Origin: Pseudomonadota bacterium
Lineage (GTDB): Bacteria; Pseudomonadota; Alphaproteobacteria; Rhizobiales; Xanthobacteraceae
DNA length: 64,000 nt
Direction of reading: 5' to 3'
Assembly: GCA_041691515.1 (NCBI GenBank)
Contig: JBEPUM010000002.1
Location: 628-64,627, forward strand
Shown: in pieces, positions 8,358-17,600 of the stretch
Layout of the letters: each line of letters starts with the position of its first letter
How positions within the stretch are numbered: position 1 is the stretch's first letter
Notes under the pieces: model-generated
The model's input: only the letters and a program-made list of their open reading frames with translations
Told to the model about the DNA's origin: nothing
Databases searched by the model: none
Translations under genes and position numbers: made by a program

Positions 8358-8731
8358 TGACAATGACGCAACCGGATGAGGCGCGTATAAGCCCCCTTGT
8401 CGCGCGTTTTGTCGAGGTATGTCTGGAGCAGTATCAAATCCTCTACAGTTTCGGCAGCACCTCCAGATATAATCGTCTGTACAAGGAAATGGAGCGCGCG
8501 ACGACCGAGCTCCAGCAGATGCCGGGCGATCAGCGGCGAGCCCTGTTGCCGCTGCTGTCGCATTCCAATCCGCAGGTTCGATTGCAGGCGTCACACTCGC
8601 TGCTGGTGCTGTTCCCTGTTGCAGCCCGCCAATGTCTGGAGGAAATTCGTGACTCCGGCACGGCGCCTGTCTACGCATACGCAGCGAGTGCCTTGCGACG
8701 GCTCGACGAGGGAAGCTACGTTCCGAGTTGA
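8354..8731 (+). CDS. Putative immunity protein, HEAT-repeat/DUF2019-like
   Basis: GDQRRALLPLLSHSNPQVRLQAS HEAT-like motif; translationally coupled to toxin B. Confidence 0.7.
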   Translation: MMTMTQPDEARISPLVARFVEVCLEQYQILYSFGSTSRYNRLYKEMERATTELQQMPGDQRRALLPLLSHSNPQVRLQASHSLLVLFPVAARQCLEEIRDSGTAPVYAYAASALRRLDEGSYVPS

Positions 8732-8833
8732 CAGTTTGCGCCTTGCGCCGAGAGAATATCTTCTGACAAAGCGAGCGGCGTGACGCTATCGGGTCGAGAC
8801 GGCGTTTCCTCAAAATCGGGGCCGGTAGAGATC

Positions 8834-9072
8834 ATGCCCAGGTTCAGAACAGAAATCTGCATCAAGCCGAAGGACATTCAAATGATCCTGACGTGGCACA
8901 ATGAAGCGGAATATTGGCTGGACCGGGCGTTTCTCGCTACCTTGGACGACTTTCCCGAATCCCATCGCAAAACGATCCGGATCATCTCGAATGGTATTAT
9001 ATCGATAACGATCAGTATGAGCGACTGCTCGATTTCAGAAAGGAGCTGCGCGAAAAACGCGGCGATCGATAG
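8834..9072 (+). pseudogene. Frameshifted small ORF (about 79 aa if repaired), possible orphan immunity gene
   Basis: One extra A in AAAA at 8969-8972 joins MPRFRTEIC...SHRK to NDPDHLEWYYIDNDQYERLLDFRKELREKRGDR* (TAG 9070-9072) and removes the overlap with the convergent gene. Confidence 0.4.
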
Positions 9073-9106
9073 AGGCGCCGATCCGGTTGAGATTTGGCGG
9101 CGTCGC

Positions 9107-9868
9107 TCAAATCCCGGAGCCCCAGCTCCTCGCCGTTTTCAAAATCCAGTCGCGGTAGAGCGCGAGCGGCGTAACGCCGGTGAGGCCGCCGCAGCCCGAG
9201 GCGTTGTTCGCGCCGGTTGACCAACTGACCACACCGATAACGACGCTGCCGCCGCTTGAATCGAGAAACGCCGGCGCGCCGGAATCGCCGGTGCAGGCGC
9301 CGAGGCCCGCGCGCGCGTTGCTGGTTGCGGGATCGACCAAGCGGATCTGCAATGTGCCGGGCCGTCCGGTGACGCTCAGGCTCGCGGCGCGCGCCACGCC
9401 GCCGCTGCGGCCATCGCCGCGCACGGCGACGCCCATGCCAACGACGGTGAGACGCTGGCCGACAATCACCGGCATCAGCGCGCCACCGAGTGTTGCCGGA
9501 GCCGCGGCGACGGGGGCCGCGAGTTGCAACAGCGCCACGTCGGCGGTGGCGCGGTGCGCCAGCAGACTTTGCATCTGGAATTGCGGATGCGCAGCGGCGC
9601 GCTTGATATCGAGCAGGCGTGGCGGCTGGCTTTTGTAATCCACCATCTTGTAGCTGGTGCCCGGTGCGACGCAGTGCGCGGCGGTCAGGATGATGTTGCG
9701 CGCGATCAGCGTGCCGGTGCAGGACGTGCCGTGTGAGCCGACGATGGTGACAATCGCGCCGGCGACCGCAGGCGAAGGCGCACTGCCGCCGCCGACCATG
9801 GCGAAGGAAGGCTGCGCGAGAGCCGGCAACAGCGCGGCGGTGAGGATCATGAGCGTTCGCTGAATCAT
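9107..9868 (-). CDS. Secreted trypsin-like (S1) serine protease
   Basis: Signal peptide, MVGG mature start, CTGTLI, LTAAHC, DVAL, CTGDSGAP catalytic motifs. Confidence 0.9.
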   Translation of the reverse strand: MIQRTLMILTAALLPALAQPSFAMVGGGSAPSPAVAGAIVTIVGSHGTSCTGTLIARNIILTAAHCVAPGTSYKMVDYKSQPPRLLDIKRAAAHPQFQMQSLLAHRATADVALLQLAAPVAAAPATLGGALMPVIVGQRLTVVGMGVAVRGDGRSGGVARAASLSVTGRPGTLQIRLVDPATSNARAGLGACTGDSGAPAFLDSSGGSVVIGVVSWSTGANNASGCGGLTGVTPLALYRDWILKTARSWGSGI

Positions 9869-9944
9869 CCGGCGATGTGAGCCATCGCACCGCGCGTCTG
9901 TCAACACCTCGACTTTACCTGGACACTCACAACGAGGACATCCG

Positions 9945-10514
9945 ATGCCGTCAATACTTTTGACCGGGCCTGCGATCGAGCCGTGGTCGGTCGCGGAGGC
10001 CAAGAGCTATCTGCGTGCGGAGAATGATGACGATGACACCGTGATCGCGTCGCTGATTTCGGCGGCGCGCAATCAGGTCGAGGCGCTGACGCGCTGCGCC
10101 CTGATCGCGCAGACCTGGCGGTTCGTGCGCGACCAGTGGCCGCCGGATGGGCGGATCAAACTGGGCAGGGGTCCGCTGCGGTCGCTGACGGCGGCACGGG
10201 TTTATGATTCCGCGAGCAATGCCAGCGCCGTCGATGCAGGAATGTTCGTCCTCGACAAGGCGGGAGGCGTGATCGCGTCGCCGTCCTGGGCGCTGCCGGT
10301 GCCGGGCCGCGCGAGCGCCGGTATCGAACTCGACGTCGAGATTGGTTTCGGAACTGCCGCGACCGACGTGCCGGATGTGTTGCGCCATGCGATCCGGACG
10401 CTGGTGGCGCACTGGTACGAGAACCGCGGCCTGATCGCGATCGGCCAGACGGTTGCGATGATGCCGGCCAGCGTCAACGCCATGATCGCAAGCTACCGCG
10501 TGCGCCGGCTCTGA
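9945..10514 (+). CDS. Head-tail connector/adaptor (g6)
   Basis: AEAKSYLR, LIAQTWR, LVAHWYENRG motifs; GAGGA RBS. Confidence 0.92.
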   Translation: MPSILLTGPAIEPWSVAEAKSYLRAENDDDDTVIASLISAARNQVEALTRCALIAQTWRFVRDQWPPDGRIKLGRGPLRSLTAARVYDSASNASAVDAGMFVLDKAGGVIASPSWALPVPGRASAGIELDVEIGFGTAATDVPDVLRHAIRTLVAHWYENRGLIAIGQTVAMMPASVNAMIASYRVRRL

Positions 10515-10543
10515 AACGCGCGCTTTTCTCGTGAGGACATGAC

Positions 10544-10954
10544 ATGACCAGCGCCAATTCAGCGCTTCGCGCCGCCGTGCACGATGCGCTCGCCGCCGAC
10601 ACGGGCCTTCAGGATGCGCTCGGCGGCAACAGGGTTTATGACGAGCCGCCGCGCGGCGACCTGTTGCCTTATGTCAGCGTTGGCGAGGCGCGCATCACGG
10701 ATACGTCGGTCGATGACGGGCCGACCCAGGAGCATCAGATCACGCTGCATGCGCGCTCGCGCCAGGGTGGGCAGGGCGAAGCGCATGTGATCGCCGGGGC
10801 CGTGTTGCAGGCGCTCGACGATGCGCCGCTGATGCTCGCCGGATACCGCCTGGTCAATTTCCGCTTCGCGGTCGCGGACATCCGGCGCGAGTCCGATGGC
10901 CGCATCTATCACGCACAGGTGCGCTTCCGCGCCGTGACCGAACCGACAACCTAA
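10544..10954 (+). CDS. Tail completion/terminator protein, DUF3168 (g8)
   Basis: RVYDEPP, PYVSVGE, VRFRAVTE; synteny. Confidence 0.88.
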   Translation: MTSANSALRAAVHDALAADTGLQDALGGNRVYDEPPRGDLLPYVSVGEARITDTSVDDGPTQEHQITLHARSRQGGQGEAHVIAGAVLQALDDAPLMLAGYRLVNFRFAVADIRRESDGRIYHAQVRFRAVTEPTT

Positions 10955-10968
10955 ATCAAGGAGGCGTC

Positions 10969-11376
10969 ATGGGCGCACAAAAGGGCAAAGACCTGTTGCT
11001 GAAGATGAGCGATGGCACGAGTTTCGTCACCGTGGCTGGCTTGCGCAGCCGCAGGATCGCATTCAACGCCGAGATCGTCGACATCACCAATGCGGAATCG
11101 ACCGATCGCTGGCGCGAGTTGCTGGCAGGCGCGGGCGTCAAGCGCGCATCGCTATCGGGCCGCGGCCTGTTCAAGGACGCTGCGTCCGATGCGCTGGTGC
11201 GGCAGGCGTTCTTCGACGGCGCCATCAGCGATTGTCAGGTCGTCGTGCCCGACTTCGGCACCATCGAAGGCCTGTTCCAGATCTCGAGTCTCGAATTTTC
11301 CGGCGAACACAACGGCGAGGTGACGTTCGACCTCGCGCTGGAGTCCGCCGGTGCGCTGACGTTTACCGCGATGTGA
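10969..11376 (+). CDS. Major tail tube protein, TP901-1 family (g9)
   Basis: MGAQKGKDLLLK, WRELLAGAGV, LESAGALTF. Confidence 0.93.
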   Translation: MGAQKGKDLLLKMSDGTSFVTVAGLRSRRIAFNAEIVDITNAESTDRWRELLAGAGVKRASLSGRGLFKDAASDALVRQAFFDGAISDCQVVVPDFGTIEGLFQISSLEFSGEHNGEVTFDLALESAGALTFTAM

Positions 11377-11384
11377 GGATAGCG

Positions 11385-11705
11385 ATGCCCAACAAACATC
11401 GCGGCGAGATCGCCGCAGAGCTTGGCGGGCGTCAGCGGACGCTGGTGCTGACGCTCGGCGCGCTGGCGGAGCTTGAGGCCGCGTTCGGCGCCGACGATCT
11501 GATCGCGCTAGCCGAACGTTTCGGCTCGGGGCGGCCGTCGGCGCGCGATCTGATCCGCATCGTCGGAGCGGGGCTGCGCGGCGCAGGCGAGACGGTGACG
11601 GACGATGAGGTCGCTTCCATGACGGCTGACGGTGGTGCGGCCGGCTTTGTCAAAATCGCGGCCGAGCTGATCGCTGCGACCTTCGACGACGGCGCTCCCC
11701 GATGA
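11385..11705 (+). CDS. Tail assembly chaperone, GTA gp10 family
   Basis: NKHRGE, LTLGALAELE motifs; ATG 11385 after GAGGA. Confidence 0.88.
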   Translation: MPNKHRGEIAAELGGRQRTLVLTLGALAELEAAFGADDLIALAERFGSGRPSARDLIRIVGAGLRGAGETVTDDEVASMTADGGAAGFVKIAAELIAATFDDGAPR

Positions 11706-11914
11706 AGCCGTTTCCGTGGACGGAGGCGATGGGATTTGGCTTCGGTGTCTTGCGTCTTGCGCCGGACGTGTTCTGGCGGATGACGCCGCGCGAACTGGCA
11801 CAGGCGATCCATGCGGTGCGCGGGCCGATTGCCGCGCCGATCGATCGCGGTTCGCTGGACCAATTGATGATCCGGTTTCCGGACAGGCAGGCGGGAGTGA
11901 GCGATGACGGATAG
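11702..11914 (+). CDS. Small tail assembly chaperone (g10.1 / rcc01693-like)
   Basis: FWRMTPRELA, LMIRFPD; ATGA overlap. Confidence 0.85.
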   Translation: MKPFPWTEAMGFGFGVLRLAPDVFWRMTPRELAQAIHAVRGPIAAPIDRGSLDQLMIRFPDRQAGVSDDG

Positions 11915-12491
11915 CAGCGATCTTCTGGGCACATCCAGCACGCTGGATAGTCTCACGGCCAAAACCCAGGCGCTGACGATCAGCGCGGGCGGCTTTGCGC
12001 GCGCGATGACGCAGGCGTTCTCGACCTCGATCACCGGTGGAAAGCAACTCGACGACGTGCTCAAAACGCTGGTGTTGCGAGTTTCGAGCCTCGCAGTGAC
12101 CGCGGCGTTCAAGCCGCTGGCGAGCGGGCTGACCTCCGGCATTTCCAACCTGTTCTCGGGCCTCACCGGCGCGGGTGCATCGACGGCGGTTGCGGCGCAG
12201 GCGAATGCGCTCGGCGCGATCAAGCCGTTCGCGAGCGGCGGCGTGATCGGCACGCCGACTTATTTCCCCATGATCGGTGGCGGTGTCGGTCTTGCCGGCG
12301 AGGCCGGCCCAGAGGCGATCATGCCGCTGGTGCGCGGTCCCGACGGGCGGCTCGGCGTCTCCGGCAGCGGCGGTGGCAACAGCATCACGGTGCAGATCGC
12401 TACTCCAGATATCGACAGTTTTCGCCGCTCGGAGAGTTACGTCACCGGCCAGATCGCCCGCGCGGTCGCGCGGGGACAGCGGAGCTTGTGA
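11904..12491 (+). CDS. Short tail tape measure protein (g11)
   Basis: PFASGGV, GEAGPEAIMPL, FRRSE..IARAVARGQRSL. Confidence 0.9.
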   Translation: MTDSSDLLGTSSTLDSLTAKTQALTISAGGFARAMTQAFSTSITGGKQLDDVLKTLVLRVSSLAVTAAFKPLASGLTSGISNLFSGLTGAGASTAVAAQANALGAIKPFASGGVIGTPTYFPMIGGGVGLAGEAGPEAIMPLVRGPDGRLGVSGSGGGNSITVQIATPDIDSFRRSESYVTGQIARAVARGQRSL

Positions 12492-12498
12492 TTGTTTT

Positions 12499-12645
12499 AC
12501 CCTCCCCTGGAGGGGGAGGGTCGCTCGCCGATCATGCGCAGCATGATGAGGCGAACGGGGTGGGGTGAAGAGCTGTGCTTGAAGCGCCCACCCCACCCCG
12601 ATGGTCGCTTCACTCCCATCGACCTTCCCCCTCCAGGGGAGGGTG
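12499..12645. repeat. RIME/CIR-like palindromic intergenic element, copy 3
   Basis: accctcccctggagggggagggt ... ggggtggggtg / caccccacccc ... accttccccctccaggggagggt. Confidence 0.75.
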
Positions 12646-12658
12646 AAGAGAGGTTGTC

Positions 12659-13300
12659 ATGACCAGCTTTCACGAAATCCTGTTTCCGCTCGATGTCGCG
12701 CTGAAGAGTGCGGGCGGGCCTGAACGGCGCACCGACATCGTCAGCTTCGGCTCCGGCCGCGAGGCGCGTAACGCGCGCTGGGCGCAATCGCGGCGGCGTT
12801 ACGACGCCGGTTACGGTGTCAAGACGCTCGATGCGTTACAGACCGTTGTCGCATTCTTCGAGGAGCGGCGCGGCCAGCTTTATGGGTTTCGCTGGCGCGA
12901 CCGGCTGGATTGTTGCTCGGCGATCACAGGCACAGCGACCTCGTCGCTGGATCAGGTCATCGGCGTCGGCGACGGCGTGACCGCCTCGTTTCAACTGATG
13001 AAGACTTATGGCAGTTCGTTCGCGCCGTATGTGCGTGTGATCGCCAAGCCGGTGGAGGGCAGTGTTCGTGTCGCTGTCGGCAGCAGCGAAGTTGCGGCAG
13101 GTTCGGCGTTCACCTGCGACGTCACCAGCGGCCTTGTGACGTTTCTGTCCGGCCATATTCCGCCCGCCGGCGCTGCCGTCACGGCGGGTTTCATGTTCGA
13201 TGTCCCTGTGCGCTTCGATACCGACTATCTTGAAGTGGATCTCGCAACTTTCGCCGCCGGCGCCATTCCGAAAATTCCGCTGGTGGAGATCCGGCCATGA
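12659..13300 (+). CDS. Distal tail protein, DUF2460/TIGR02217 (g12)
   Basis: FHEILFP, GGPERRTDIV, FFEERRGQLYGFRWRD, FDVPVRFDTD. Confidence 0.93.
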   Translation: MTSFHEILFPLDVALKSAGGPERRTDIVSFGSGREARNARWAQSRRRYDAGYGVKTLDALQTVVAFFEERRGQLYGFRWRDRLDCCSAITGTATSSLDQVIGVGDGVTASFQLMKTYGSSFAPYVRVIAKPVEGSVRVAVGSSEVAAGSAFTCDVTSGLVTFLSGHIPPAGAAVTAGFMFDVPVRFDTDYLEVDLATFAAGAIPKIPLVEIRP

Positions 13301-14187
13301 GGAGCATCCCATCGGCGCTCCAGGCGAAACTCGATTCCGGCGCGACAACTTTGGCGCGCTGCTGGATCGTAACGCGGCGCGATGGTGTCGTGCTTGGCTT
13401 CACCGATCACGACAGCGATCTGGTTGTTGGCGGCACCACATGCCGTGCCGCGACCGGCTTTACCGCGTCGGAAGCCACCAGCCGGTTCGATCTGTCGGTC
13501 GATGGCGCGGAAATCTCCGGCGCGTTCTCCGATGACTCCCTGACCGAGGCCGATCTCGCCGCCGGACGATACGATGCGGCCGAGATCGCAACCTGGCTCG
13601 TGGACTGGAGCGATGTCTCGCTAAAAATCCTGACCGCGCGGGGTACGCTGGGCGAAGTCCGGCGCGAAGGACAGGCTTTCACGGCGGAGTTGCGCGGCCT
13701 CGCGGATGCGCTGGCGCAGGACAGCGGGCGTCCTTATACAGCCCGCTGCGGCGCCGACCTCGGTGACGGCAAATGCCGGATCGATCTGACCGATGCCGCG
13801 TATCGCGGCAGCGGCGCTGTCACGACGATCGAAGGCACGTCGATCATCGGAGCCTCCGGTCTTGATGGCTTCGCCGATGGCTGGTTCAGCGCCGGGCGGC
13901 TGATATGGACAAGCGGTGCCAATGCCGGTCTCGCGATTGAGGTGAAAGAGCATCGCGTGTCCTCGGGCGAGGTGCGGATGTCGCTGTGGCAGGCGATGCC
14001 CGAGCCGATCGCGGCCGACGATGCCTTCATCGTCACCGCCGGTTGCGACAAGAATTTTGCGACCTGCCGCGATCGTTTCGCCAACACCGATAACTTTCGC
14101 GGCTTTCCGCAGATCCCCGGCAACGATTTTGTCGTGAGTTATCCCGTGCCCGGTGCGCCGGACAACAGCGGCAGCAAAGTGCTGTGA
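13297..14187 (+). CDS. Baseplate hub protein, DUF2163/TIGR02218 (g13)
   Basis: RRDGVVLGFTDHD, AGCDK..TCRDRFAN..NFRGFPQIPG. Confidence 0.93.
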   Translation: MRSIPSALQAKLDSGATTLARCWIVTRRDGVVLGFTDHDSDLVVGGTTCRAATGFTASEATSRFDLSVDGAEISGAFSDDSLTEADLAAGRYDAAEIATWLVDWSDVSLKILTARGTLGEVRREGQAFTAELRGLADALAQDSGRPYTARCGADLGDGKCRIDLTDAAYRGSGAVTTIEGTSIIGASGLDGFADGWFSAGRLIWTSGANAGLAIEVKEHRVSSGEVRMSLWQAMPEPIAADDAFIVTAGCDKNFATCRDRFANTDNFRGFPQIPGNDFVVSYPVPGAPDNSGSKVL

Positions 14188-14199
14188 AGGAGTTGCGCG

Positions 14200-14646
14200 G
14201 TGATGGTTGCAAATCTAACCCGTGAAAGCATCGTCGCGGAAGCGCGCGCGTGGATCGGTACGCGCTATAGCCATCAGGCCTCGCTCAAGGGCATCGGTTG
14301 CGACTGCCTTGGCCTGGTGCGCGGCGTCTGGCGAAATTGCGTCGGTGACGAGCCGGAAACGCCGCCGCCCTATGCGCCCGACTGGGCCGAAGCAGGAGGC
14401 GGCGAGACGCTGGCCGCGGCGGCGCTGCGTCATCTCATTCCCGTCGCGCTTACGGACTTCAAGCCGGGCGACGTACTGCTGTTTCGCTGGCGTGATGGGT
14501 TCGTCGCCAAGCATGTCGCCATCGCTGCCAGCGACCGCACCATGATTCATGCCCACGACGGCGCGGCTGTCTGCGAGATCGTCATCGCTCCATGGTGGCG
14601 GCGGCGTCTCGCCTACGCGTTTCGCTTTCCCGGAGTGATCGACTGA
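14200..14646 (+). CDS. NlpC/P60 cell-wall peptidase (g14)
   Basis: ARAWIGTRY, GCDCLGLVRGVW, KHVAI, MIHA. Confidence 0.92.
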   Translation: MMVANLTRESIVAEARAWIGTRYSHQASLKGIGCDCLGLVRGVWRNCVGDEPETPPPYAPDWAEAGGGETLAAAALRHLIPVALTDFKPGDVLLFRWRDGFVAKHVAIAASDRTMIHAHDGAAVCEIVIAPWWRRRLAYAFRFPGVID

Positions 14647-17600
14647 TGGCAGCGCTCGTTCTTTCTGTCGCAGGCGCCGCCACCGGTGCGCTGTTCGGTC
14701 CAGCCGGCGCGATCGCGGGCCGCATCGCCGGAGCGCTGGTCGGCAACGTCATCGACCGCAAGCTGTTCGGGCCCGGCAATCAGAGCGTCGTCGGACCACG
14801 GCTCGCCGATCTCGATGTCATGGCCTCGACCGAGGGCGCGCCGATCCCACGCGTCTATGGCCGTGCGCGCCTGTCCGGTCAGATGATCTGGGCGACACAA
14901 CTCGAAGAGGTCGTCAGCAGCGAAGCTTCGTCAGGCGGCAAGGGCGGCCTCCTCAGCGGACCGACTACGACGACCACCACCTACAGTTATTTCGCAAACT
15001 TTGCGGTTGGGCTGTGCGAGGGCGTGATCGGACGGGTCGGGCGGATCTGGGCCGACGGCAGTCCGCTCGATGTCTCCGGCCTGACGTTTCGCGTTCATCG
15101 TGGCACCGAAGATCAGGCCGTGGACGATCTGATCGTGGCCAAGGAAGGTGCGGGCAATGCGCCGGCCTATCGCGGGCTGGCCTATATCGTGTTCGAGCGG
15201 CTGCCGCTGGCAAATTTCGGCAACCGCATTCCGCAACTGTCGTTCGAGATCATCCGCCCAATCGGCCAGCTCGAGCAGATGGTGCGAGCGGTGACATTGA
15301 TCCCCGGCACCACCGAATTCGGCTATGAGCCGTCCACTGTCGTGCAGTCGCTCGGCCCCGGCCAGTCCGCGCCGGAAAACCGCCATGTGCCGAACGCTGC
15401 GTCGGATGTTCTGGCGTCGCTCGATGATTTACAGGGCCTATGTCCGAACCTTGAGCGCGTGGCTGTGGTCGTCGCCTGGTTCGGATCGGACCTGCGCGCT
15501 GGCGCTTGTGTCGTTCGTCCCGGCGTCGATAGTGCGGGCAAATTCACCAGCGGCGGCGACTGGTCGGTGGCCGGTGTGACGCGGGCAAGCGCTTATGTGG
15601 TGTCGCAGGTCGACGGCCGTCCGGCGTTCGGCGGTACACCCTCCGATGACAGCGTGGTGCATCTGATCGCGGAGCTGAAAGCGCGCGGGCTGAAGGTGAC
15701 ATTCTATCCCTTCATCATGATGGATATTCCCGAAGGTAACGGTCTGACTGATCCGTGGAGCGGTGCCGCGTCGCAGCCTGCTTATCCCTGGCGCGGCCGC
15801 ATCACCTGCGATCCTGCGCCGGGGCAGGTGGGCTCGCCACAGGGCACAGCGGCGGCGGCGACACAAGTCGGCAACTTCTTCTCCGGCGGAAGCTCGAACT
15901 ATCGCAGCATGATTTTGCACTACGCTAACCTGGCCGCTTCGGCTGGTGGTGTCGATGCGTTCATGATCGGCTCGGAGCTGAAGTCGCTGACGCGCGTGCG
16001 TTCCGATTCCGGTGTCTATCCTGCCGTCGACGCGTTGGTGGCGCTTGCGACGGATGTGAAAGCCATCGTCGGGTCGTCGACGGTCGTGACCTATGGTGCG
16101 GACTGGACCGAATATGGCGCCGATGTCATCGATCCCGGTGCGTCGGAGGTTCGCTTTCCGCTCGATCCGCTTTGGGCCTCCAGCGCGATCGATGTCATCG
16201 GGATCGATTACTACGCGCCGCTGGCGGACTGGCGCGACGAAGCTGGACATCTCGACTCGATCATCGCGTCCTCGGCCTATGATCTCGGCTATCTCGCAGG
16301 CAACGTCACTGGCGGCGAGGGGTTCGACTGGTACTACGCCGACGACGCCGCGCGCGCAGCGCAACATCGTACGCCGATCACCGACGGCCTCGGCAAGCCC
16401 TGGACTTTTCGCGTCAAGGACATCAGGGGATGGTGGTCGTCGGCGCATATCGAGCGGGTCGGTGGCGCCGAACTCGCAAGCCCGACCGCATGGTCGCCGC
16501 AAAGCAAGCCGATCTGGCTGACCGAGGTCGGCTGCCCGGCGGTGGACAAGGGCGCCAACCAGCCGAGCGTGTTTCCCGATCCAAAATCGTCGGAAAACCA
16601 CGTTCCGTATTTCTCCAGCGGCAATCGCGACGACCTGATCCAGCGGCGCTATCTCCAGGCCTTTCTTGGCAAGCTCGATCCGTCGTTTGGCGCTGATGAA
16701 CCCGACAATCCGGTATCCACGGTTGACGGCGCGCGCATGATCGACGCGTCGGCGATTCATGTGTGGACCTGGGATGCTCGGCCCTATCCGGCGTTTCCCG
16801 CGGCGATCGATGTCTGGAGCGACGGGCCGAACTGGCAAACCGGACACTGGCTCACCGGCCGTCTCGGCACCGCGCCGATGGACGCGCTGGTCGCTCAGCT
16901 CCTTGAGGATTCCGGCATCGCCGGCGCGGACACGTCTGCTTTGCGAGAAGGCTGCGACGGCTATGCGATCGACCGGCCGATGGCGCCGCGCGCCATGATC
17001 GAACCGTTAGCCGGGGCTTACGCTTTCGATGCGACGGCCGCCGATGGCACGCTGCGCTTCATCCAGCGCGGCGGCGCTCCGGTTGCTGAATTCGTGGAAG
17101 ACGATTTGGTGCTGTCGGCCAACGGCGCGCTGGCGCAGTTGACGCGCAGCCAGGAAACCGAGCTGCCGCGTGAAGTCAGTTTCGGCTTCACCGACGGAAT
17201 GTCCGATTACCGGCGTGCGGCGGTGACATCGCGCCGGCTCGCGGGCGGTTCGAACCGCAGCGTTCACTCCGATCTCGCCGTTGTCGCCGATGATGCTGCG
17301 ATGGCGCAGCGGGCCGACGTCTGGCTGCAAGATCTCTGGGCCGGACGGGAGAGCGCTGCATTCGCATTCGGCCCGCAATGCCTGTCGTTGACGCCGGGTG
17401 ATGTCATCGCAGTGACGATCAATGACCGGCGCCGGTTGTTCGAGATCGACACGACGGTCGATGCGGAAGCGCGACAGGTCAGCGCGCGCAGCATCGACCC
17501 CGAGGTGTTTTCAGTGCCGCTGCTCGCACCGCGGCTGAAGATCCCTGCGATACCGGCGTCGCTGGGGCCGGTGCAGGCGGTAGTGCTCGATTTGCCGACC

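Noticed and set aside
11690-11710. Programmed -1 frameshift between tail chaperones (lambda G/GT type)
   Set aside because: No canonical XXXYYYZ slippery heptamer; a simple ATGA overlap explains the arrangement.
3781-12645. CRISPR array or IS elements
   Set aside because: Repeats are dispersed palindromes without spacers; no cas or transposase genes.
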